Source: Gammaproteobacteria bacterium
GTDB taxonomy: Bacteria > Pseudomonadota > Gammaproteobacteria > Steroidobacterales > Rariloculaceae
Reading direction: 5' to 3'
NCBI GenBank assembly: GCA_963664945.1
Contig: OY761822.1
Span: 1,135,987-1,199,986 of the forward strand
DNA length: 64,000 nt
In this document: one piece after another, positions 25,202-34,120 of the stretch
Position numbering within the stretch: the first letter of the stretch is position 1
Layout of the letters: each line of letters starts with the position of its first letter
The notes under the pieces: generated by a model
What the model was told of the DNA's origin: nothing
Seen by the model: only the letters and a program-made list of their open reading frames with translations
The model's database searches: none
Program-made: the position numbers and the translations under genes

Positions 25202-27415
25202 TTAACTTTTCAACTGTTTAATCACGTCCGGATTGAGTTCAAATCCTTCATATTCCTCGATCAGGGCATCGTCGAACCGTTCGTAAGACCACTCGTTCAG
25301 CGATTCGAGCGCGCCATCTTGCATGAGTTGAAACCGCCCCGCCAACTTGCCCAAATCGGACTCCTCCCAGTGCGGCCGCGTCAGCAGCTCGTCAAGAAAT
25401 GCACCAAGCCTTGCATCGAGTCCCGGAAAGAGCCCGTTTGTACTCTCAACCGATTCTTCTTTTTCTTCGTCCGCCTCTTCGTCCTCGAAAATCTCTCCCA
25501 AGACGGACGATACGCGAGCGGTATCCGCCATCAGGGAAGCGATCCGCTCCGTGTTCAGTTCAACACGATGGTCGTGATCCGGAGCGGCGGGGATTGTAAA
25601 TTCTCCCGACCTTTTGGACGCCGACCGAACGGTGACCGGCCCGCCTGTCGCCGAATGCGCATGCAGACTCGAATAGATATCCCCGGTGGGCAAACCGATG
25701 GCCTTGAACAGCCTTTCGATCGCCTTGATCTCCTGGGGATCGATCACGCCGTCCGTCGCCGCCATGGCAAGCGCCAGATTGCCGAGTCGCCGACGCACTT
25801 CCTCCGACGCATCCTTCAGGCGCCGACGAAGCAAGCCCAAGTCCAGCGGCACGGACAACATCCACTTCAGGTTGGCATGAAGTCGAACGCTTTCTGCCGC
25901 CGGCAAATCCGCTCCGTCAATCCGCGCCTCCAGCGTTCGTCGCTCTTTTTCCTGGATGGCGCCGTCGGCGTGCGCAACGAAGCTTCCCAACGCAATGGAC
26001 ACAAGCAGCGTCTTGTACCTGTTGCTCACTTGTTCAAGCTTCGTGATTCCCCCGGGCAGGCGAAAAAGAACGACGGGTTCGCCCAGCTTCGGGCTGCGCA
26101 GGGCGAATCGAGGATCGGGGGCCATGCCAATCGATAGCCGGGCCAGCGCGTCAGCCGCACCGGTCAGTTGGCGTTTGCTCGTTTTCTCCGGCACCGAGCC
26201 TTCGAGCTGCCTGATGACCTGCTCAACCGCTGCCAGCCCGTCTTTTTCGATTATTCCGGTCGCCCAATCACGCAGATTCTCCATTTCCGTGCACGGGAAC
26301 AGATGCCAGATGCGTTCGGGCAAGAGCGCGTGGCCTTCAATGGTGGCACGTCCTTGAGGGTTGCGTCCCAGAAAACGACTGTATTTGTCGAGCTCACTGG
26401 TGGTAGTCTCCACCAACTTCTTCGCAAGGTTTGTTGTTCTTGTTGTACGCGATATGTCTGGAATATCGCCAACGAACCTTGTCAGACCAACGACAAACTC
26501 CCCGGAAGCCGCACTATATGTGGCACGAATCATTCGTTTCGGTGCTGCGACTTTTAACCCGTGTGGATATTTTTCGTCGAAAAGCACGTTGAACAACGCC
26601 CGACACTCTGGAAACGCCCGTTTCATCGGCATGCGCACCCTGGTTTCCGGATGCAGCATGTACCAACTGAGCACCCAGTCCGCGCTCAATCGCTCGCCTA
26701 GTTTGAGCTTCTGGCCGATAACGACGCGCAGGTCCAGCGGTAGTTCGTAATTCGTTCTTTCAAAACAAGGTTCGAAATCGGCTCCAATTGCCCGGTTGTT
26801 GATGATCCGCGCAGTTTCCAAGAATGTCCCGAAGTAGCGGCGAATCGAATTATTCTCCCCATATAGGCCGAGCAAGCGTTCGATTTCTGTCACGATTTGC
26901 CGGCTTTCTTCGGCAGGAGGCTCGTCTACAAAAAGTCTTCGTTCCATTCCGTAGAAAAAGAGGAAGACATACCCCGCACCAATTCTCCGATCCGAGCGTC
27001 CGCCCGCAAGCCAGTCCAGATAGGTTCCACGCGCCCGTGGCCCGATTTCGGTGTAGTTGGGCCAATATGGCATGGTGTTTCCGGAAAGATCTAATCCCCC
27101 TTGGTAGACCACCAAGCGCGGATTGATGATGCCGCGGCGCCAACCGCCGTCGGTCCGCGGTGCTTCGCCCACGTATACCATCCCGTCGATGGCACGGCCG
27201 GCAACGGTAACGGTGGTACCGAGTGGAACCCAGCCCGCCTTTGGCCGCGCTTGACGCGTGACACTGTCCACAGATAATGCTTGGGTACTTTTTGGCGCCG
27301 ATACCTTTCGTTTCTTGCCCGAATGCGTGGGCTTCCCAGTCTCCCCCTCAATAAAAACCAGAATTACAACCGCTAGCACGCCTATCACCGCGCCTATCAC
27401 CAAGAGAGCGTCCAT
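25202..27415 (-). CDS. sngA: TerB-N / TerB / TerB-C multidomain protein with an N-terminal TM helix, Shango SngA-like
   Basis: MDALLVIGAVIGVLAVVILVF (TM). WVPLGTTVTVAGRAIDGMVYVGE..YWPNYTEIGPRARGTYLDWLAGGR..YVFLFFYGMERR (TerB-N). ..FVAHADGAIQEKERRTLE..MAATDGVIDPQEIKAIERLFKAIGL (TerB). C-terminal ..LLTRPHWEESDLGKLAGRFQLMQDGALESLNEWSYERF (TerB-C). Confidence 0.8.
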   Translation of the reverse strand: MDALLVIGAVIGVLAVVILVFIEGETGKPTHSGKKRKVSAPKSTQALSVDSVTRQARPKAGWVPLGTTVTVAGRAIDGMVYVGEAPRTDGGWRRGIINPRLVVYQGGLDLSGNTMPYWPNYTEIGPRARGTYLDWLAGGRSDRRIGAGYVFLFFYGMERRLFVDEPPAEESRQIVTEIERLLGLYGENNSIRRYFGTFLETARIINNRAIGADFEPCFERTNYELPLDLRVVIGQKLKLGERLSADWVLSWYMLHPETRVRMPMKRAFPECRALFNVLFDEKYPHGLKVAAPKRMIRATYSAASGEFVVGLTRFVGDIPDISRTTRTTNLAKKLVETTTSELDKYSRFLGRNPQGRATIEGHALLPERIWHLFPCTEMENLRDWATGIIEKDGLAAVEQVIRQLEGSVPEKTSKRQLTGAADALARLSIGMAPDPRFALRSPKLGEPVVLFRLPGGITKLEQVSNRYKTLLVSIALGSFVAHADGAIQEKERRTLEARIDGADLPAAESVRLHANLKWMLSVPLDLGLLRRRLKDASEEVRRRLGNLALAMAATDGVIDPQEIKAIERLFKAIGLPTGDIYSSLHAHSATGGPVTVRSASKRSGEFTIPAAPDHDHRVELNTERIASLMADTARVSSVLGEIFEDEEADEEKEESVESTNGLFPGLDARLGAFLDELLTRPHWEESDLGKLAGRFQLMQDGALESLNEWSYERFDDALIEEYEGFELNPDVIKQLKS

Positions 27416-27677
27416 ACCAATCTCGCTGACCAGCTATTTAAAAGTAGCGCGAGCCCCTACGTCCAAGACGAGGAACCATGTTCGGAAAAAGGTGACAAGA
27501 ACCAAAACGACAATAATCGTGATCAGAGTAGTCAGACTGCTATCCTCCGGGCTGTAACGAAACTACCTTGTACCAGACATCTCACCGGTATTTTGTGCTG
27601 TCTTTTGAACAATGGCGCAGCCAAATCCGCTGATTGGCGGTAATTCCTTGAGTCGTGGGTCCGTTACGATTCTTCGT

Positions 27678-28295
27678 TTACGCGACAGCCTCGGCGACGG
27701 CGTCATAAAACACGGAGAAACTGCGGGATCGATTTCTCGCCGGATTCAAGTGTTCGCCAATTGCGGCGCCGGCCTGCCTTTTGGCCAACCCGGACCTGTA
27801 GTAACCGTGTTGCTTCAGGACCCGCTCGAATGCTTCCCATGTGCCGCCGCTGATGGCGTCTGGGTTCCGGTAGCGAGCTTGATTTGGAACAGTAGACGAT
27901 ACGTTCGGATAGGTTGCGCAAACCGCTGGCCAATCGCCGAAATACCAGGCTTCCAGTTCTTCGATCGCGATCCTTGTTACGACTTGCCAATCGGGCCTCC
28001 CGGCAACTCGTCTCGACCGGAGCCCAGCATGTTCACAGATGTCCTCGATCCTTGACTTGAGTTGTTCGCAGTCTTCGTTGTCCCGGTCCACGATCAGCAC
28101 GATTCGATAATCCGGTGGCAACCATGTGGAATAACCGTTGAGCCGATCCCCAATTCTTTTGAGGAGCGCGTGTTTGCCTTGATAGGGAAAAACCTGAAAG
28201 GTGACATCCTCCGGCAGCATCCTTGGCAACGCGGCTTCGAGAAATGCTTCCATGGAAACTTCTTCGACATGGAATTCCAAATGGGAAGCGGGCAT
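27678..28295 (-). CDS. DUF4276-like protein (Toprim-like candidate nuclease), partner of the ABC ATPase
   Basis: Start moved to MPASHLEFHVEEVSMEAF.. (ATG 28295, one nt after the ATPase stop). Acidic N-terminal Glu cluster and IVLIVDRDNEDC (DxD). 205 aa. Confidence 0.7.
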   Translation of the reverse strand: MPASHLEFHVEEVSMEAFLEAALPRMLPEDVTFQVFPYQGKHALLKRIGDRLNGYSTWLPPDYRIVLIVDRDNEDCEQLKSRIEDICEHAGLRSRRVAGRPDWQVVTRIAIEELEAWYFGDWPAVCATYPNVSSTVPNQARYRNPDAISGGTWEAFERVLKQHGYYRSGLAKRQAGAAIGEHLNPARNRSRSFSVFYDAVAEAVA

Positions 28296-28296
28296 A

Positions 28297-29535
28297 TCAG
28301 TTGCCAACTCCTTCACGGACCGGCATTCCGCCACGGGTCAGCGGATCGCCGACGCCGAAATGCCCCTCCATCCACAAGTCCCCCAACTGGGCGCCGGCGT
28401 CCATGAATGCCTTCACCTTGTCGTTACTGCTCAGCGAGTGACACTTCGTGTAGCCGGATTCATCGCGCCAGAGGACACGCACTTCATTCGGCCGTAGCGC
28501 GTCCAGGAAAAACGGCGAATGTGTGGTCACCAGAATCTGTGTCGACTCGGTGGCTGCACGGCATTCTTCCGCCAGGTCGTAGAGCAGGCGAGGGTGCAGA
28601 AAGTTTTCCGGTTCCTCGATACCGATAAACGGCGGCGGATCGGGATCGTTCAGCAAGATCAGATAGGACAGCATCTTTAGCGTACCGTCCGAAGCAAAGC
28701 GGGCCATCACAGGCTCAGCAAATGGGCCGTCCTTGATTTGCAGCAGCAGTCTTCCGTCCGGCATCGGGTTCGCCGATACACATTGAATCTTGGGGACCCT
28801 TTCCCTGAGCCTTTTGAAAATAAAATTCAGGCGGTCGTTGTGTTCCTCGACCAGGTACTGGATGACATTGGCCAGATTGTGCCCGGTCTTGCTCAGGCGT
28901 TCCTGCGGTCCGGCTTCCGGTTGTCCCCTCGCATCATCGGACGACAGATAGGACACGTGCCATCCTATGATGAAATCCCGCAGCGCGACGACGCGGGGGT
29001 TCTCGGCCAACTGACCGAGCGCATTGACGGCGAGAGTATCTGAAGACCTCAGGCGGACGCGGACCCGCCTATCTTGTGCATCCGGCAATTCTCCCGAAAC
29101 GACTCTCCCATCGCCGTGAGCGTAGTCGAGAAACCTGAAAGGCGCTCCGCGGCGATGCCGCTTCCATCGAAGCCATTCCTTCACCACTACGGGTCTACCG
29201 TTCGACTCATCCACTTCAAGATGATAGGTGGTCAGCGGCTGGCCCGGTTGTTCGCGATAGGCAATTTCGACGAGGATCGGCCCGCTGCCCCCACGTGATT
29301 TCAATTCACGTGCCCTGCCGCGCTTTTCCCATGCACGGCGCAGACCGTTCTCGAAGCTTTCCGCGAGAAAGGCAAAGACATCGAACACTGTGGATTTTCC
29401 GCTGCCGTTCGGACCCAGCAGCACGGTAAGCGGCGAGAGATTCCTTAACTCGACATCTCTCAATGCACGGAAATTCTGTATCTTGAGGCGCTCGATGCGA
29501 GGCGGCGCAGCGTCAGTGGAAATCATCTGGTTCAT
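28297..29535 (-). CDS. OLD/SMC-type ABC ATPase (AAA_15/AAA_21-like)
   Basis: Start moved to [44 protein letters not shown] (Walker A). ..[18 protein letters not shown] (Walker B / D-loop). ..[12 protein letters not shown] (H-loop). 412 aa. Confidence 0.8.
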   Translation of the reverse strand: MNQMISTDAAPPRIERLKIQNFRALRDVELRNLSPLTVLLGPNGSGKSTVFDVFAFLAESFENGLRRAWEKRGRARELKSRGGSGPILVEIAYREQPGQPLTTYHLEVDESNGRPVVVKEWLRWKRHRRGAPFRFLDYAHGDGRVVSGELPDAQDRRVRVRLRSSDTLAVNALGQLAENPRVVALRDFIIGWHVSYLSSDDARGQPEAGPQERLSKTGHNLANVIQYLVEEHNDRLNFIFKRLRERVPKIQCVSANPMPDGRLLLQIKDGPFAEPVMARFASDGTLKMLSYLILLNDPDPPPFIGIEEPENFLHPRLLYDLAEECRAATESTQILVTTHSPFFLDALRPNEVRVLWRDESGYTKCHSLSSNDKVKAFMDAGAQLGDLWMEGHFGVGDPLTRGGMPVREGVGN

Positions 29536-29670
29536 ATCGTCATTCCGTGAAGCTGGGGGGCCAAGTTTCCGTCGATTGCCCGGAAACGAAATTCGGCAAG
29601 AGTGTATCGCACAGAAGTCCGCAGGGGGATTCACAATAACAGCCAGAAGGCTTGACTGTAGTTTGGCTGC

Positions 29671-29771
29671 GCCCGAACAATACCGGCGACATGAACGATT
29701 CCGTTACCCCAACGCGCGGGACGCTGGTTCTGGTCCGCCACGGCCAGAGCGAGCGAACGTGGGTGGCGTGA
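29671..29771 (+). pseudogene. Duplicated 5' end of gpmA (promoter-proximal 20 nt plus the first ~21 codons), ending in a premature stop
   Basis: gcccgaacaataccggcgacATGaacgat is identical to 31539..31567. It encodes [26 protein letters not shown], compared with authentic [25 protein letters not shown].. Confidence 0.8.
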
Positions 29772-29798
29772 GCCGCCAACCTGAGTATTTAGGTCCCG

Positions 29799-31287
29799 AT
29801 GAATTCGCAGATTGCGCAACTGGCGGCTGAGCTGCGGGCGGACGTCCGCGCCGGAATGACCGTCGCGAGCCTGTCGGCCGGTGTCACGTCGGGACTTGGG
29901 CTACTCGTTGCCCAGATCGCCTTCGCGACATTCATATTTTCGGGTCCATTGGCTCCGTACTCGTCCCAGGGCGTGGGTCTGGTGCTGTTCGGGAATTTCG
30001 CGGCCTGCCTGACCCTGGCTCTCGCCGGGAGCTATCGGGGCGTGATCGCCGGGCTGTCTCCGGCGCTGGTCATCGGCATGGCCGTGATCGGCTCTTCCAT
30101 GGACGCGACAGGCGATGCGCTGTTCGTCACGGCATCCGCAGCGCTCATTCTCAGTGCCGTGGTCACCGGTGCGGCTTGCCTGATGATCGGGCGGTTCCGG
30201 CTCGCCAATCTGCTGCGGTTCATTCCCTATCCGGTTTCGGCGGGATTCGTCGCCGGCATCGGCGGCGCCGTCTGTCTGGCCGCGATGACCCTGATGGGAG
30301 CGGAGCCTGTCTGGAGCGGCATTGTGCTGATTTTCGTCACCATCATCGCCTTTGGACTCCTGGAAGGCGTCGGCGTCGGCATGCTGGCTACGCTGGTGTT
30401 CTTTGCCGTGCGTCTCAGCCGCGTCGATGCCATCGAGTCCCGCTTTTCCGCGCGGGAGCGCCGCAGCAGGAAGACCCGGCCCGTACCGGAGCGCGCCATC
30501 CTGCTGGAAGAAGGCGAGCGCGTGCACGTCTACCAACTGCGCGGCTACGTCTTCTTCGGCAGTGTGGCGCCCCTTGCCGACCGGCTGAGAATGTCGCTCC
30601 GCGGCTCATCGCGTCCCGCCTGCCTGTTGCTGGACTTTGCCGCCGTCTCGGGTTTCGACTATTCGGCGGCAAACGTGCTCGGGCGATTGCTGCAGAAGGC
30701 CAATGCGGCTGGCGTACAAGCTCGTCCTGGGCGCCTTGCCGGAGCGGCTGAAGGCAAGACTGGAACGCAACGTCCCGGCGCCGGGTTTTGCAGAGTTCCT
30801 TGTCGAGGCAGACGGGGACGCCGCCCTCGAACGCTGCGAAGAGATTGTGATTGCTCAGTGGCGGGAAAACCCCTCCGAACTCCAGCGCGCCGCGCTGCTG
30901 GAGCAGGCCGGGGACGACCTCGAGCGCTATCTTGAACGCCAGATCGTTTTCGAGGCACTGATGGAGGAGCTGGAGCGCTGGCTGGACCCTGCGGACTACG
31001 CCGACGGGGAGACGTTGGCCGGAGCGGAAACTCCGCCGCAGGACTTGCAATTGCTGGTCGCGGGCCGGGTCTCCGCCTACGACTCGGCGGGTACACGACA
31101 GCACCAGCGCGGGCCCGGCGATGCCGTCTGGCCGGTGGATGCCGTGAGGCACAAGATAGTCGCGGTGGTCGCCGACGGACCTTGCAGGACTTTGGCATTG
31201 AGCAACGCTTCCCGGGACTGGCTGGAAACGCATCGCCCGGGACTCGCGCTCAAACTGTATCGCTATCTTCTCGCAGGTCACTGGTAG
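29799..31287 (+). pseudogene. Decayed SulP-family anion transporter-STAS-cNMP-binding gene (frameshift near 30710-30720, shortened TM domain)
   Basis: Frame 1 (29799..) gives SulP TM segments and the STAS start ..VHVYQLRGYVFFGSVAPLADRL..LLLDFAAVSGFDYSAANVLGRLLQKANAAG. The sequence then continues in the +1 frame (30637..31287 ORF) as ..KLVLGALPERLKARLERN.. plus a cNMP-binding-like tail. The TM region is only ~215 aa against the ~400 expected. Confidence 0.65.
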
Positions 31288-31438
31288 TTTTCGCCCCGGC
31301 GAGCGGAGCGTTGACGGACAGGGCAAAAGGGGTTTTCCATGCAAGTAGTGAACCCGGCGACGCCGGCCCGCGGACGGTAGGGAACAAACGACCGCCTCCA
31401 AGAGAAAATCAAGGAGTTACGTATTTGTTCCATGGAAG
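31288..31438 (+). repeat. Copy B of the pnuC leader region (inverted partner at 38157..38311), running from a TAG stop to ATGGAAG
   Basis: ..tttccatgcaagtagtgaacccggcgacgccggcccgcggacggtagggaacaaacgaccgcctccaagagaaaatcaaggagttacgtatttgttccATGgaag aligns by hand with the reverse complement of 38157..38263. Confidence 0.8.
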
Positions 31439-31520
31439 GCTGCCAGCCAGGACTGCCGCAGGTTGAAAGCCCTCGTGGGTAGCGGCAGCGCGCGCAAGGA
31501 CTGACCGTTCAGCCGTTCGC

Positions 31521-31558
31521 TTGATCTGCGTTCACTTTGCCCGAACAATACCGGCGAC
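31521..31558 (+). promoter_or_regulatory. Candidate gpmA promoter, implying a very short or absent 5' UTR
   Basis: TTGATC (31521..31526), 17-nt spacer, AACAAT (31544..31549), then 9 nt to ATG 31559. No SD is visible. The duplicated copy has TTGACT (29652..) with similar spacing to the same AACAAT. Confidence 0.35.
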
Positions 31559-32326
31559 ATGAACGATGCGACTTCCCGAAATCCCGGCACACTGGTCCTG
31601 GTTCGCCACGGCCAGAGCGAGTGGAACCTCAAGAACCTCTTTACCGGCTGGACCGACGTGGATCTCACGGACCGGGGCATTGGTGAGGCGCGGGCGGCCG
31701 GTGTCGCGCTAAGGGAAGAAGGCATCGCCTTCGACATCGCCTTTACCTCCGTCCTGACCCGCGCCATTCGTACCCTGTGGCAGATCCTCGATGAGATGGA
31801 TCTCATGTGGATCCCGATGCATCGCGACTGGCGTTTGAACGAGCGCCACTACGGGGCGCTGCAGGGCCTCGACAAGGCGGAGACAGCAGCACGCCACGGG
31901 GCCGATCAGGTGAAGATCTGGCGCAGGTCGTACGACATACTCCCGCCCGCCCTGAGCGACGATGACAACCGGCACCCTCGGTTCGATCCCCGCTACCGGG
32001 GGCTGGACGAAACGCACCTCCCGGCCACAGAATCCCTGGCGACGACGCTGGCACGCGTTGAGCCGTGCTGGGAGAGGTGTATCGCGCCGCAGCTTCGCGC
32101 CGGCCGCCATGTTCTGGTCGCCGCTCACGGTAACAGCCTCAGGGCGGTGGCAAAGATGCTCGAGGGAATTTCCGATCAGGCGATAACGGAGTTCAACATC
32201 CCCACCGGCGTGCCGCGCGTTTACGAATTCGATGCGCAGCTTCACCCGTTGCGGGGGGAGTACCTGGGCGATCCCGATGCCATCGCCGCGGCGGCCAGGG
32301 CCGTGGCGGATCAGGCGAAGGGATGA
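31559..32326 (+). CDS. gpmA: 2,3-bisphosphoglycerate-dependent phosphoglycerate mutase
   Basis: [45 protein letters not shown]..; 255 aa. Confidence 0.95.
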   Translation: MNDATSRNPGTLVLVRHGQSEWNLKNLFTGWTDVDLTDRGIGEARAAGVALREEGIAFDIAFTSVLTRAIRTLWQILDEMDLMWIPMHRDWRLNERHYGALQGLDKAETAARHGADQVKIWRRSYDILPPALSDDDNRHPRFDPRYRGLDETHLPATESLATTLARVEPCWERCIAPQLRAGRHVLVAAHGNSLRAVAKMLEGISDQAITEFNIPTGVPRVYEFDAQLHPLRGEYLGDPDAIAAAARAVADQAKG

Positions 32327-32387
32327 GCCGGACTGGTACGGCATTATCAGTTTGATACAGCGCCGGAATCGCGGAGGAACACACAAA

Positions 32388-32930
32388 ATGCTTTATGACC
32401 TGGACGAGTACCGTGTGCAGACAGTCGGCGACCGGTTTTTCGTGGCGCCCAATGCCGCGGTAATCGGTCAGGTGGTGCTGGGCAAGGACGCGAGCGTGTG
32501 GTTCAGCTCGGTGCTGCGGGCGGATAACGACAAGATCGTCATTGGCGACCGATGCAACATTCAGGACGGTTCGATGTTTCATGTCGACGAAGGCGCCCCC
32601 GTGGTACTGGAGGAAGAGGTGAACGTGGGTCATTCGGCGACCGTGCACGGCTGTTACATCGGCGCCGGGTCCCTGATCGGCATGGGTGCGACCATTCTCA
32701 GCCATGCCGTGCTCGGGAAATACTGCATTGTCGGGGCCCAGGCGCTGGTCACCGAGGGCAAGCGGTTCCCCGACCGTTCACTGATCGTGGGCACGCCGGG
32801 CAAGCGAATCCGCGAGGTGACCGACGCGGAAATCGAACACCTCAAGTGGAGCGCCGGGCACTACGTGCAGCGGGGCAGGTATTATCGTGAGCATCTGTCC
32901 GCCGTATCGGCCGGCGGCCCGCGCCGCTGA
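32388..32930 (+). CDS. Gamma-carbonic-anhydrase-like / PaaY-type hexapeptide-repeat protein
   Basis: Start moved to MLYDLDEYRVQTVGDRFFVAPNAAVIGQVVLGKDASVWFSSVLRADNDKIVIGDRCNIQDGSMFH..; left-handed beta-helix repeats; 180 aa. Confidence 0.85.
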   Translation: MLYDLDEYRVQTVGDRFFVAPNAAVIGQVVLGKDASVWFSSVLRADNDKIVIGDRCNIQDGSMFHVDEGAPVVLEEEVNVGHSATVHGCYIGAGSLIGMGATILSHAVLGKYCIVGAQALVTEGKRFPDRSLIVGTPGKRIREVTDAEIEHLKWSAGHYVQRGRYYREHLSAVSAGGPRR

Positions 32931-32960
32931 TGCAGCGGCGCATGCAGGGGAGGCATAGTA

Positions 32961-34031
32961 ATGAAGAAATTGACCGTACTCTTGGCGCCGGCGCTCCTGG
33001 CGCCCTGGATATCGTTACACGCACACCATTCGACCGCATCGTTCTTCTTTCTCGACCAGCGCATCAGCGTCGAGGGGAAGGTAGTCGAGTTCCACGCCCG
33101 CAATCCTCACGGCCTGATCGTGTTCGACGTGGTCAACGAGGCGGGCGAAACCGAGCGCTGGCGCGCCGAGATGCCGGCCTGGCAGGCGCTGCTGCGGTGG
33201 CTCGGCTGGTCGCCGGGGGATCTGCAGCCCGGCGACCAGATCGTCATCCACGGCGCGCCGCCGCGCATGAACGAGTCCTTCAGCATCCGCGCCGACGATG
33301 TCGTGATGCCGGACGGCTGGACGCGGCACCTGTTCCGCGACCCGGTCACGGGCAAGTACCGCGAGCCCACCCCGCCGCCCATGGTGGTCGCCGAACTCGA
33401 CGGCGTTTGGGAACTCAATCGCGGCTGGACGAATCACCCGGACGACAATCCGGATACCTATGAGCGCACCGACTTTCGGCCCTGGACGCTGCCCGCGGTA
33501 CTGGCGGCATGGGAGGCACGCGACCCCCTGAGCGACCCGAAGCTTGAATGCGAGCCGCCCACCGTCTCGGCGGCCATGTCGGGCATTCATGCGATTGCCA
33601 TCGATCAGTCGGGCGAGCACGTCAAGCTGTTTGCCGAGGCATTCGACGTGGATCGTACCGTCTACATGGATGGGCGGTCCCATCCGGGAGAGGATGCGCC
33701 GCACACCAATCTTGGCCACTCCGTCGGCAGGTACGACGGGGACACGCTGGTGGTGGATACCACGCACATCACCTCCGGTTGGAGTATCGGGCCCGGTGGT
33801 CCTCCCCACAGCGACCGGTTACAGGTCGTGGAGCGCTACCGCGTAATCGAAGACGGTCGGTTGCTTGAACAGGCGATCACCGTGGAAGATCCCCTGACAC
33901 TGACCCAGCCGGTGACTTATGTGCAGCACCTGCGCAGGGCGCCGATCCACGAACTGGTGCCCTACGACTGCATGCCGCTGAATACGGACCGCGGCGAGGA
34001 ATTGACGCCGGAGGAGTTCTACCAACCCTGA
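32961..34031 (+). CDS. Secreted DUF6152-like protein, long form (paralogue 3 of 4)
   Basis: MKKLTVLLAPALLAPWISLHA|HHSTASFFFLDQRISVEGKVVEFHARNPHGLIVFDV.. plus the shared C-terminal domain (..GHSVGRYDGDTLVVDTTHI..). Confidence 0.75.
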   Translation: MKKLTVLLAPALLAPWISLHAHHSTASFFFLDQRISVEGKVVEFHARNPHGLIVFDVVNEAGETERWRAEMPAWQALLRWLGWSPGDLQPGDQIVIHGAPPRMNESFSIRADDVVMPDGWTRHLFRDPVTGKYREPTPPPMVVAELDGVWELNRGWTNHPDDNPDTYERTDFRPWTLPAVLAAWEARDPLSDPKLECEPPTVSAAMSGIHAIAIDQSGEHVKLFAEAFDVDRTVYMDGRSHPGEDAPHTNLGHSVGRYDGDTLVVDTTHITSGWSIGPGGPPHSDRLQVVERYRVIEDGRLLEQAITVEDPLTLTQPVTYVQHLRRAPIHELVPYDCMPLNTDRGEELTPEEFYQP

Positions 34032-34120
34032 GGGTCGAGGACCGGGGCGCGGCGGGAGCTCCCTTCGCGCCTTGCCGCCGGTCAGACAGAATTTCAGTCC
34101 TCGGTTCGGGCGGAATCGCC

